DNA from: Dehalococcoidia bacterium
GTDB lineage: Bacteria > Chloroflexota > Dehalococcoidia > Plut-88900
DNA length: 64,000 nucleotides
Assembly: GCA_965197645.1 (NCBI GenBank)
Contig: OZ240219.1
Location: 1,280,001-1,344,000, forward strand
Direction: 5' to 3'
Each line of letters starts with the position of its first letter. Position 1 is the stretch's first letter. The position numbers were made by a program, and so were the translations under genes. This document shows positions 18,672 to 27,515 of the stretch, piece after piece. The notes below the pieces were generated by a model. It searched no databases. It had not been told where the DNA came from and was given only the letters and a program-made list of their open reading frames with translations.

Positions 18672-20225
18672 TTACGCTTCGCCGTACTCCTCGCGAAGCT
18701 CCCGCTTGAGCACCTTGCCCAAGGGGTTGCGAGGCAGCGAGTCCACGAATATCACCGACTCCGGCTTCTTGAAGCTGGCCAGGCGGCTTCTCGAGTACTC
18801 GATGATCTCCTCAGCCGAGACTTCGAAGCCATCTTTGCGCACGACTATGGCCCGAACGGCCTCCCCCCACTGACTATCGGCAACCCCGATCACCGCTGCT
18901 TCGTCCACCGAGGGGTGGGAGTGCAGGACGGCCTCGATCTCTTCGGGGGCGATGTTTTCCCCTGCGCGAATGATGATGTCCTTGGCTCTGCCCGCCAGGA
19001 ATATGTACCCGTCTTCGTCCATGTAGCCGAGGTCGCCGGTGTAGAGCCATCCATCCCTCACCGTTTCAGAGGTGGCCTCTTCGGCCTTCCAGTAGCCCTT
19101 CATCACCCGGGGCCCCTGGGCCACAATCTCTCCGACCTCGCCGGGAGGCAGTGGCTCACCGTTGTCGTCGAAGATCATCACCACCGTATCGTCCAGCGCC
19201 CGGCCTATGGACCCCAGCCTCTTCAGCTTGACCTCTCTCTCCTCGGGAGTTCCCTCAATGACGTGGTCCTCGGGGGTCAGCATCGTGATGGTGGAGGCGG
19301 ACTCGGTCTGCCCGAAGGCGTTGATGAAGCGGGTGCCCGGCAGCTCCTCTATCGCCCTGGAGATGACCTCTACGGGCATGGGGGCCGCGCCGTAGGTGAT
19401 TACCTGGAGGCTGCTGAGGTCTCGTTGCTTGAACTCCGGGTGCTCCATTAGGTTCTTGAGCATGGTGGGCACCATCATAGCCCGGTTGACCTTTTCCGTT
19501 TCCACGAGGCTCATCCAGTCCGAGGGTTCGAACTGGCGTTGGATCACCAGGGTCCTGCCGCCGTAGACCGCGGCCAGCACAGCCTGCATGCCGGCTATGT
19601 GGTACAGGGGGACGGTAAGGATGTTCTTCTCTTCCACGTCTGGGTCGGCGGGGGTGACGTTGTTGAGCACGTAGGTGCAGACGTTATCGTGGGTGAGCAT
19701 TACGCCCTTGGGCTGACCCGTTGTGCCGGCGGTGAACATCAATATGGTGGTATCTTCATCGGCGATGTCCGTGAACACCTCTTCCGGGTCGGCACCCGCA
19801 AGGACCGACTGGTATTCGTGCATGCCCTCGGCGGGGCCTTCCAGCGAGATGTAGTTCTTGATGCCTCCCATCTCGCTCTTGACAGAGTTCACAAGATCTA
19901 TGTAGCGCCGGCCCAGCAGCAGTACGCTGGACTCAGAGAAGTTGGCCATGTAGCTGAGCTCGTTGGCCTTGGCCCGGAAATTGAGGGGTACGTAGGTGGC
20001 CCCAAGCTTGGCGGCGGCGAAGTAGGCCTCGATGCACTCGTTGCAGTTGACCTCCAGCATGGCGACCTTGTCGCCTCTGCCCACTCCCATGCCCGCCAGG
20101 GCATTGGCCAGGCGATTGGCCCGATCGGCAACCTCTCCGAAAGTGATCCGTTGCCCCTCGAAGACGATGGCGTCTCTATCGGGACAGATGGCGCTGGAGA
20201 TGGTCAGAAGCTCGGTTGTGTTCAT
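18672..20225 (-). CDS. Long-chain acyl-CoA ligase (AMP-binding)
   Basis: FTAGTTGQPKG, FGQTES, TGDLG, LPRNPLGKVLK. Confidence 0.93.
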   Translation of the reverse strand: MNTTELLTISSAICPDRDAIVFEGQRITFGEVADRANRLANALAGMGVGRGDKVAMLEVNCNECIEAYFAAAKLGATYVPLNFRAKANELSYMANFSESSVLLLGRRYIDLVNSVKSEMGGIKNYISLEGPAEGMHEYQSVLAGADPEEVFTDIADEDTTILMFTAGTTGQPKGVMLTHDNVCTYVLNNVTPADPDVEEKNILTVPLYHIAGMQAVLAAVYGGRTLVIQRQFEPSDWMSLVETEKVNRAMMVPTMLKNLMEHPEFKQRDLSSLQVITYGAAPMPVEVISRAIEELPGTRFINAFGQTESASTITMLTPEDHVIEGTPEEREVKLKRLGSIGRALDDTVVMIFDDNGEPLPPGEVGEIVAQGPRVMKGYWKAEEATSETVRDGWLYTGDLGYMDEDGYIFLAGRAKDIIIRAGENIAPEEIEAVLHSHPSVDEAAVIGVADSQWGEAVRAIVVRKDGFEVSAEEIIEYSRSRLASFKKPESVIFVDSLPRNPLGKVLKRELREEYGEA

Positions 20226-20271
20226 GGTTTATCCCCCTGTCGAGTGCCTGAGATACGATACTTGATGGTAG

Positions 20272-21006
20272 CTATCTGCCTAGTTGAGCGACAACTAGCT
20301 GGCCGATTAATCGCCGCTCCAGAGAAAGTCCGTCCGCTAGTGTCAAGTCCTCTCCGCTGATAACGGCCTCCTTAGCATAACCCAACGCACGGCGGTCCAT
20401 TGCGGCCAGCTCCCGGGCCAGCTCTTCGCTTCGGTCGAGCAGGTCCTCCGGGGCCACGACCTCATGGACGAGACCGATGTCCAAGGCCCTTCGGGCGTTC
20501 ACCCTTTCGGCGGTGAGCAGCATGGCCGAGGCGGCGGACCGGCCCACCACCCTGGGGAGGGTCTGGCTGCCCCCGGCGGCGGGTATGAATCCCAGCGATG
20601 CCTCGGGCAGCCCGAGCTGAGCGTCTTCGGCGGCTATTCTGAAATCACAGCACAGTGCCAGCTCCAGGCCTGAGCCGAGAGCGAATCCGTGGAGAGCGGC
20701 CATCGTCGGGATGCGTAGGGCCATCAGCTTGCCCCATACGTCGCGCTCCCACCGGACATATCGAGCGATTACCCTGGATGGGGCCGTGCCGAACTCGGTC
20801 AAGTCCGCGCCGGCGCAGAAGGCCCGGTCCCCGGCGCCGCTGATGATCAGGGCCCCTATCGAGGGGTCTTCGGATATGGCGGTTATAGCCTCGTACAGAT
20901 CGTCCCGCATCTGAATATTGTAGGCGTTCAGCACCCGGGGCCGGTTGAGGGTGATGCGAGCTACCGAGTCATCGACTTCGAAGAGTATGGTCTCAAAGCT
21001 CGACAA
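20272..21006 (-). CDS. Enoyl-CoA hydratase/isomerase family
   Basis: FCAGADL, GSGLELALCCD, LPEASLG. Confidence 0.9.
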   Translation of the reverse strand: MSSFETILFEVDDSVARITLNRPRVLNAYNIQMRDDLYEAITAISEDPSIGALIISGAGDRAFCAGADLTEFGTAPSRVIARYVRWERDVWGKLMALRIPTMAALHGFALGSGLELALCCDFRIAAEDAQLGLPEASLGFIPAAGGSQTLPRVVGRSAASAMLLTAERVNARRALDIGLVHEVVAPEDLLDRSEELARELAAMDRRALGYAKEAVISGEDLTLADGLSLERRLIGQLVVAQLGR

Positions 21007-21009
21007 CGG

Positions 21010-21798
21010 CTACTCTCCCTTGAACCGGGGCGCCCTCTTGTTCAAGAAGGCCTGAATTCCCTCGTCCCGGTCGGCGGTGGTCTGGAGGAGCAGCGTGAGG
21101 TCCTGCTCCAGACGGAGTCCCTGGTCCAGGGTCATCTCCATGCCTTTGTTGATCGCCTCGCCGGCGTACCTGAGAGCGATGGGAGCATAGCTCGCGATCC
21201 GTTCCGCCAGCTGCAGAGCCTCCGAGTGAAGCGTGTCTCCAGGAAAAACGTGGTGCACCAGGCCGGTCCTGGCGGCTTCCCGTGCGTCGATTACCTCGCC
21301 TGTCAGTATCATCGAAAGGGCGTGTGCTCGCCCCACCTGTCTGAGCAGACGCTGGGAGCCGCCGTCCCAGGGGATCGATCCGGCTTTGATCTGGTCCAGA
21401 CCCAATCCGGCCGATTCGGCTGCCAGTCGCAAGTCGCAGGCCAGGGCCAGCTCCAACCCCTGACCGATGGCATCGCCGTTGATGACGGCGATGGTCGGAC
21501 ATTCTATAGCGGCGATGTCGTTGGCTACTCTGTGCCTGCCGAGGGTCTCCTGGACCTCGCCGAGAAAGGCGACATCGTTGACCAGGTTCGACAGGTCCAG
21601 GGCAGAGCCGGCACAGAAGGCGGGACCCGAGCCGGTCAGGACCACGACCCTCACCTCTTCGTCGTCCTTGATGGCCTGCACCGCGTCCTTCAGCTCGGTG
21701 ACGGCCCGGGCGTCCAGCCTGTTGCCACAGTCGGGCCGGGCCAGCTTGATCGACGCCACGGGCCCAGTCTTTTCGAAATCGATGGTCTCGTAGTGCAT
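21010..21798 (-). CDS. Enoyl-CoA hydratase/isomerase family
   Basis: FCAGS, GQGLELALACD, EGIQAFLNKRAPRFKG; start taken at MHYETIDF. Confidence 0.88.
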   Translation of the reverse strand: MHYETIDFEKTGPVASIKLARPDCGNRLDARAVTELKDAVQAIKDDEEVRVVVLTGSGPAFCAGSALDLSNLVNDVAFLGEVQETLGRHRVANDIAAIECPTIAVINGDAIGQGLELALACDLRLAAESAGLGLDQIKAGSIPWDGGSQRLLRQVGRAHALSMILTGEVIDAREAARTGLVHHVFPGDTLHSEALQLAERIASYAPIALRYAGEAINKGMEMTLDQGLRLEQDLTLLLQTTADRDEGIQAFLNKRAPRFKGE

Positions 21799-21958
21799 AA
21801 CGGGACTACGCAAGAGCTTTGAGGGGACGACCTCCGAGGGTGCGGGTAATGCAGACACCAACCTGTATGCCCAGGCTTTATGCGGAGGCAATCATATTCA
21901 AGGCCCTGGAGGCTGTCAAGAAACCGGCCTCGTGCCGTATCGAGATGGAACGGGAGTG

Positions 21959-23200
21959 TCAGGAGGTTACAGCCGGAGCCCTCTCTCGCTTTCGTTGGGC
22001 CACCGCCGCATCGGCTTTCCCGAAGTCCTTCTCGGTGAACTGGTAGAGGCGAGCGCCGCCGAACAGGATGTCCGCGGCCACCTCCCTGGAGGCGTTGCTC
22101 AGCACGTTGCTGGACACGTTGGGGAAGTTGGAATCGAAGTGCGGATAGTCGGTGGAGACGCACATCCGGTCCGCGCCGATGAGCTGGGCTGTTGGCATGA
22201 TCTCAGGCTCGCTGCCTTCCACTGCAGCCCAGCAGTTGCGTCGGAAGTACTCCTTGGGCGTCATGGACAGGTAGGGAGCGTGGGAGTCTCGATAGTTGGC
22301 GTAGTCCCACTCGATGCGGGTCAATAGGCCGGGCACCCAGGAGTTCTGGGCTTCCAGGTAGCCTACCCGAAGGCGGGGATGAAACTCGAAGACGCCGCCG
22401 ATGATCTGGGCCACCATCGCCTGCTGCATCTCGATCCAATGGCTGGTGACGTGACGGTAGAACCGGTTTTCGCCGTACAGCACGTTCATGTGGGAGTACC
22501 AGGCGCCGGTCCCCTCGTGGAAGCCCCAGGCTACGTCCAGCTCCTCGTGGAGACTGTACAGGGCGTCCCAGTAGTTGGAGTGCCAGTAGTGGCCGTTGAC
22601 CAGGTTGGGCCGGATGAAGGATGCCACCGCGCCCAGCTCGTTTACGCACCGCAGCAGCTCTTTGCAGGCCAGGTTGACGTCGTGCATCGGGAGCATGGCG
22701 GCGAACTTCATCTGGTCGGGGCTGTACTGGCAGAAGTCGTAAATCCAGTTGTTATAGGCCTCGCAGAGGGCCAACGAGATCTGGGAGTCCATGCCGTTGC
22801 GAGCCAGGAGGGCCAAACCGCCGGTGGGGAACAGGACGGCGATGTCGATCCCCTCCATCTCCATGGCCATGACCTGGGCCTCTTCGTTGTAGTCCCGATC
22901 GATGGCGAAGTCCATGCGACCGGTCGCCGCCAGCCGGGATGCTGACAGGGTGTTGGTGGGCGAGCCCATTGTCGGCTCTGACTGGTCTCTGAAGACGGCC
23001 CGCTTGCGGTACTGTTGGAGCTCGACGTCCTGGGTAGTGGGGAGCCCGTCTATGACCCACCCGCCGCGCCGGGGTTTGCCGTCGGAGCCTAGAGCAGTGG
23101 TGATCCTGTCCTTGAATCTCGGGTCCAGGTACCTTTCGAAGAGATCGTGGGGCTCCTGGATGTGCATGTCGCAGTCCACGAATCGGAGTCCGTCCTTCAT
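21959..23200 (-). CDS. Amidohydrolase family 2 protein
   Basis: DCDMHIQEP, AYNNW, FHEG, STDYPHFD. Confidence 0.9.
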   Translation of the reverse strand: MKDGLRFVDCDMHIQEPHDLFERYLDPRFKDRITTALGSDGKPRRGGWVIDGLPTTQDVELQQYRKRAVFRDQSEPTMGSPTNTLSASRLAATGRMDFAIDRDYNEEAQVMAMEMEGIDIAVLFPTGGLALLARNGMDSQISLALCEAYNNWIYDFCQYSPDQMKFAAMLPMHDVNLACKELLRCVNELGAVASFIRPNLVNGHYWHSNYWDALYSLHEELDVAWGFHEGTGAWYSHMNVLYGENRFYRHVTSHWIEMQQAMVAQIIGGVFEFHPRLRVGYLEAQNSWVPGLLTRIEWDYANYRDSHAPYLSMTPKEYFRRNCWAAVEGSEPEIMPTAQLIGADRMCVSTDYPHFDSNFPNVSSNVLSNASREVAADILFGGARLYQFTEKDFGKADAAVAQRKRERAPAVTS

Positions 23201-23234
23201 AACCTTCCCCTTTCAGCTAGCTCCGCCGAAGCGG

Positions 23235-23933
23235 CTACTCTCCCAGGCTATCGAGGGTCTCTCTCGGGCTCATTGCAATACAGGTGAAAATCGGGGTGTC
23301 TCTCAGCGTGTAGCTGCTGGCATCCGACCCGCGAAGCTCCATGACCAGGTCCAAGAAGTCCGAGGGGCTATCGGTCTCGAAGGCCACCACGAACTCCTGG
23401 TCGTCCAGCCCAAAGGAGTAGGCGGTGTTGATCTTGACCGATGGGTACTTGTGCCCCGTCTGGATGTGGGCGTTCATCATGCCCTGGCGGGAGGCCTGAT
23501 CCAGCTGGTACCAGTTGCGGGTCTTGACGAAGGGATAGACGAAGAAATACTTGGAATCGATTGGCTTGACCTTCTTGCGCTTCCCATCCTGGTCAGCGTG
23601 CTTGTGGTTGTCCAGGTAGACGGAGGACCTAGTCATCGCCAGGTAGGAGTGGGGAGTGTCCAAGTGTTTGCCGAAGCTAGTGGACCGGAGGCGGGTGCTG
23701 AACTGCTGTACCTTCTCTAGGCTCTCCGTAGCTTGCCAGATGAGAAAGTCGGTGTCGGCACGCATGCCGACGGTGCTGTAGGTGCGGATCATCATCAGCT
23801 CTGAGAAACTGTCGAGAAACTCCAGGAACTCCTTCTTGCCTCTGGTTTTCTCGCCTGCCCCCCGATTTCGCCAGAGCTTGTCCAGCTTGTAGAAGCTGTA
23901 CTTGACGAACTGCCGCTTGCCGTTTTCGGTCAT
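23235..23933 (-). CDS. chdC: Chlorite dismutase family, probably coproheme decarboxylase
   Basis: YPFVKTRNWY, MMNAHIQTGH, SFGLDDQEFVVAFE. Confidence 0.75.
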   Translation of the reverse strand: MTENGKRQFVKYSFYKLDKLWRNRGAGEKTRGKKEFLEFLDSFSELMMIRTYSTVGMRADTDFLIWQATESLEKVQQFSTRLRSTSFGKHLDTPHSYLAMTRSSVYLDNHKHADQDGKRKKVKPIDSKYFFVYPFVKTRNWYQLDQASRQGMMNAHIQTGHKYPSVKINTAYSFGLDDQEFVVAFETDSPSDFLDLVMELRGSDASSYTLRDTPIFTCIAMSPRETLDSLGE

Positions 23934-24625
23934 CGCCTCTCCTGGGCCGGCTCGGCCTGCTTGCTCGTCGCCACGGACTGGTAGGCCCTGATGGTGGCAA
24001 GCAGCACCTGGTCCATGAAGTTGTTCAGCTGTTTCCAGATGTCCAGGGCCTGCTCCGGGTTGAGGTCACGACCACGGGTGACGTCCGTCGAGATGGAGTC
24101 CAACGAGTTTCGAAAGAACAGGAAGGCCTCGAGGGCGTCGTCCAGGGACATGCCGAAGTTGGCGGCCTGGATCCCGTACTCCTCGCCGATGGACCGGGCC
24201 TCATCGAGGACGTTGGAGCGACGGCGTCTCCGGGCCAGGTAATCGCTTACGAGGACCAGCATCTGGCGTCCCAGGTTCCGCAGCCGGGACTTCTGCTCTT
24301 CGGGCAGCCGCTCTAGCCAGCGCTCAGGCAGGGGATGGCGGCGATGAAGCCGGCGGCGAATGCGGGTCAGGGCGATGTCACTCAGGTTGGAAAGGCCGTT
24401 GGACTCCGAGAGGCTGCCGCTCCGGCTGGTCAACAGGTACAGGTCCTCTTGGGCGAAACGCCGGTGGCCGCCCGATGTGCGGAAGGAGCGGATGGCGGCC
24501 TTATCGGCCCAGTGGCGAAGGGTGCTCTCGTTCACGCCGAGGAGCTTGCTGGCCTTGCCGATGGAGACCCACGTCGTGGGCTGGACCTCTACGGCGCCGT
24601 TGTCATCGGAATCGGGCATTGGCAT
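23930..24625 (-). CDS. MerR/Xis-type HTH regulator with helical (RsbRD_N-like) C-terminal domain
   Basis: SIGKASKLLGVNESTLRHWAD..RTSGGHRRF; ATGA overlap with chdC. Confidence 0.8.
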   Translation of the reverse strand: MPMPDSDDNGAVEVQPTTWVSIGKASKLLGVNESTLRHWADKAAIRSFRTSGGHRRFAQEDLYLLTSRSGSLSESNGLSNLSDIALTRIRRRLHRRHPLPERWLERLPEEQKSRLRNLGRQMLVLVSDYLARRRRRSNVLDEARSIGEEYGIQAANFGMSLDDALEAFLFFRNSLDSISTDVTRGRDLNPEQALDIWKQLNNFMDQVLLATIRAYQSVATSKQAEPAQERR

Positions 24626-24636
24626 CCAAGAAACTG

Positions 24637-24689
24637 TAGATTTACCTAGATTTCACGGCCATTGTAGCGGCTTGGGTATGGGGAGTCAA
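24637..24689 (-). promoter_or_regulatory. Sigma70 promoter TTGACT-17-TACAAT with downstream AAATCTA direct repeats
   Basis: -35 at 24689-24684, -10 at 24666-24661; repeats at 24637-24653 with 10-bp period. Confidence 0.7.
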
Positions 24690-24803
24690 ACGGGGGGTGC
24701 GATGCTACGTTTCGGTTGAGTTTTGCCATAGGCTGGGGTATTGTCAAACTTAGGTGAAAGGTAGCATAGACGGCTGACTTTACCATACAGCAAAGGAGAG
24801 CGC

Positions 24804-25172
24804 ATGAGAATCAGATGGGCCATCGTACTGGCTGTAGTACTGATCCCGCTTGGCTCGACCCTCGCTTGTGAGGAGCCTAAAGCAGCGACTCCGCCGCTGA
24901 GAACATCAGTGGTGGCAATCTACCAGGCGTATCAAGAAAACGAGGCCCGGGCCAACGCCACCTATAAGAACCAGGACCTGCGCCTCAGCTTCCGGGTGGA
25001 CGAGATCGAGGATAAGTACGTGGTCCAAGAGTTGGATGGGTTTCTTACACAGGCGGAGCTGGAGTTCGATCAGGAGGACCTAGTCGAGTTCAACGTCGGC
25101 GATGTGAGCAGCGCCACCTGCAGGCTCAGAGGACTGGACCTGGACATCTGGCTCCGCTTTGACTGCCGATAG
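24804..25172 (+). CDS. OB-fold (tRNA_anti-like) lipoprotein
   Basis: Lipobox TLAC; YQAYQENEARANATYK motif; SD AAGGAG. Confidence 0.7.
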   Translation: MRIRWAIVLAVVLIPLGSTLACEEPKAATPPLRTSVVAIYQAYQENEARANATYKNQDLRLSFRVDEIEDKYVVQELDGFLTQAELEFDQEDLVEFNVGDVSSATCRLRGLDLDIWLRFDCR

Positions 25173-25182
25173 GAGACACCCT

Positions 25183-25374
25183 TTGAGATTAACACCCGAG
25201 CAGATCGACGATTTGAACAAAGACGGACCAGGGGAAACCAAGGTCAAGATTACCGGCATCGACGTGTCGGTCGGTGATCTCACGATGCTTTTGGTCAAAT
25301 TCGTACCGGCGCTGATTCTGGCCAGCATCGTTCTAGCGATTCCAATTGCGGTCATCGTTGCCTTGCTGGCCTAG
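25183..25374 (+). CDS. Small membrane protein
   Basis: AGGAG then TTG; VKITGIDV..LLVKFVPALIL hydrophobic tail. Confidence 0.55.
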   Translation: MRLTPEQIDDLNKDGPGETKVKITGIDVSVGDLTMLLVKFVPALILASIVLAIPIAVIVALLA

Positions 25375-25389
25375 TAAAGGAGGCCCCCT

Positions 25390-25617
25390 GTGGCGGATAT
25401 TTCGGAGCCCATGTACTACGTCAACTTGTACAGTGCCCGTTACGGCACCATCCATGAGGAGGGCTGCCCGCATGAGCACTTCGACCCGACTAACCCGAGT
25501 AACTGGCTAGGCAAGTACGCCACTCGCGGGGCGGCTATCGACGCCGTGTTAGCCCTAGGCCGCCGGCCGTGGGAGAGCAGGTGCTGTATCAAGAACCGCA
25601 CGAATGACGAGGACTAA
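25390..25617 (+). CDS. Small hypothetical protein, possible metal-binding (H-x3-C ... CC)
   Basis: SD AAGGAGG; IHEEGC and SRCC. Confidence 0.6.
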   Translation: MADISEPMYYVNLYSARYGTIHEEGCPHEHFDPTNPSNWLGKYATRGAAIDAVLALGRRPWESRCCIKNRTNDED

Positions 25618-25638
25618 CCCAAACCAGCAAGGAGGGAA

Positions 25639-26007
25639 GTGATGGAATTAGCCAGCAACATCGCCACCATAGTCGCCCCAACGATTGCCCTTATCGCGGT
25701 GATTGTGGGCGGTTTGTTGTGGAGAGGGGAAAGGTCCAAACGCAAAAAGCAGATTCTAGAAACTTTGGAGATGTTGGGCAAGATGCGTGAAGAGAACGAA
25801 TCCATCATTCTCAAGCTCAATAATCCAAAGGTACCACCGGCTCTGATGCCGCAACTTGCTATGTCCATACGGTTGCAATATCTCATCAACCTCTTATTGA
25901 TCCATTTCGTCCACTCACATATGCCGCCCAGCCCGTTGCCTAGATGGCTCAGTACACTAGACCCCCTACCTAACATCATCGTGGAACAGAGTGAACAGGT
26001 GTCATAA
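25639..26007 (+). CDS. Hypothetical membrane-anchored protein
   Basis: SD AAGGAGG; N-terminal TM; more AT-rich than neighbours. Confidence 0.55.
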   Translation: MMELASNIATIVAPTIALIAVIVGGLLWRGERSKRKKQILETLEMLGKMREENESIILKLNNPKVPPALMPQLAMSIRLQYLINLLLIHFVHSHMPPSPLPRWLSTLDPLPNIIVEQSEQVS

Positions 26008-26056
26008 CAGTCTCGCTGAAACACCGTAGCGCCAGCCTTAGCTAAGGCACACCACC

Positions 26057-26161
26057 TCACCCCACTGCCCTCTCCATCACCGCCTTTATGAAGTCGGACT
26101 TGGCCATGGCGTACCCCTCCGGTACGTAGCGATACTTCCTCGTCAGTCCCTTCACCGTCAA
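26057..26161 (-). pseudogene. 3' remnant of a GrpB (UPF0157) family gene
   Basis: KGLTRKYRYVPEGYAMAKSDFIKAVMERA* resembles the GrpB C-terminal helix; rest of gene absent. Confidence 0.5.
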
Positions 26162-26230
26162 GTGTCCGCGTTGCGTATTCCTGCCGCCGTGCCTTACAAT
26201 CCGACCAACATCTCGGAAAGGCCCGCCTCC

Positions 26231-27010
26231 ATGGAGCTGATCGACTACTCGCTCCTCGATATCCAACCCGTTCTGGACATCATGTTCCACCCCAGGCCCG
26301 ACTGGCGGCCCCCTCCACGCGGCGCTTCCGACCATCGATTCCCAGCACCCGACGGCACCAATCTCGCCGGACGCCTCTACGCCTACGACCCTGCTTCGCC
26401 CTCCATCCTCTTCTTTCACGGCAACGGCGAGGTTGCCAGCGACTATGACACCGCCGCCCACCTCTACAACGAGATCGGCACCAACCTCTTCGTCGCCGAC
26501 TTCCGGGGCTACGGCCAAAGCGAAGGCACCCCCACCGTAGCCAGCATGGTCTCGGACAGCCACGCCGTTCTGGACGGTTTCACCAACCTGCTCCAGGAGA
26601 ACGGCTCCACCGGCCCTCTCTTCGTTATGGGACGGTCGTTGGGCGCATACTCCGCCGTCGAGTTGGCGGCGCGGCACCCGACGCGCATCAAAGGGCTCAT
26701 CGCCGAGAGCGGCACGGCCAGCATCGGCCGGGCCCTGAGCTGGTTCGGGCTGGAGGGCGATCCGGCCGTCCAGGAGCTAGCGGCGAAGCACGAGGAGAAG
26801 GTCGGCAACATCACCATACCTCTGCTTATCCTTCACGGCGCCACCGACAATCTGGTCCCCATCTCTCTGGCGGAGGAGCTGTACGAATCGGTAAGCAGCG
26901 CCGATAAGCGATTCGTGAAAATCCCTGGAGCGGGCCACAACGACATCATGATCGTCGGGCTTCGACAGTACTTCACTGCTATTCGAGACTTCATCGCCGA
27001 TAACGGATAG
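26231..27010 (+). CDS. Alpha/beta hydrolase
   Basis: FHGNGE, DFRGYGQS, GRSLG, HGATD, GAGHND. Confidence 0.9.
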   Translation: MELIDYSLLDIQPVLDIMFHPRPDWRPPPRGASDHRFPAPDGTNLAGRLYAYDPASPSILFFHGNGEVASDYDTAAHLYNEIGTNLFVADFRGYGQSEGTPTVASMVSDSHAVLDGFTNLLQENGSTGPLFVMGRSLGAYSAVELAARHPTRIKGLIAESGTASIGRALSWFGLEGDPAVQELAAKHEEKVGNITIPLLILHGATDNLVPISLAEELYESVSSADKRFVKIPGAGHNDIMIVGLRQYFTAIRDFIADNG

Positions 27011-27029
27011 ACCTTCATAGGAGGAGCGC

Positions 27030-27500
27030 ATGGGCATCGAGAACATGGCCATCCTGGACCGCCGCCGCATAGAAGCAGAGGTGCTCGGCCCCATGATCAG
27101 GGCCTTTCAGCAGGAGTTCGGCGAGGCCAAGACCAACGAGATCGCTCGAAAAGTGATCGTGGGGATAGCGCGCGAGCAGGGCAGGCAGATGGCCGAGGAG
27201 CTGGATGCCGACGACCTGCGGGCCTTCGAAGAAGCTTCCGAGCCCTGGGCCCGAGGCGATGCCTTCGATACGGAAGAGCTGGAGAAGTCCCCCAACAGCT
27301 ACGCCTACAACGTGACCCGCTGCCGCTACGCAGAGATGTACAAGGAGATGGGCATCGCCGACCTGGGATTCATCCTGTCCTGCAACCGGGACTTTTCTCA
27401 CTCGGAGGGCTTCAGCAAGAAGATCAAGCTGACCCGCACCCAGACCATCATGCAGGGCGCATCCCACTGCGACTTCCGCTACGCCCGGGCGGAGGAATAG
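27030..27500 (+). CDS. L-2-amino-thiazoline-4-carboxylic acid hydrolase family protein
   Basis: RCRYAEMY, CNRD, RTQTIMQGASHCDFRY. Confidence 0.88.
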   Translation: MGIENMAILDRRRIEAEVLGPMIRAFQQEFGEAKTNEIARKVIVGIAREQGRQMAEELDADDLRAFEEASEPWARGDAFDTEELEKSPNSYAYNVTRCRYAEMYKEMGIADLGFILSCNRDFSHSEGFSKKIKLTRTQTIMQGASHCDFRYARAEE

Positions 27501-27515
27501 TCCGCCGTTACCTCC

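Noticed and set aside
23235-23933. True chlorite dismutase
   Set aside because: YPF..WY and GLDDQEF motifs, no signal peptide and no perchlorate reductase genes favour ChdC
23930-24625. Prophage excisionase
   Set aside because: Fused to a large C-terminal domain, coupled to chdC, no integrase or phage genes nearby
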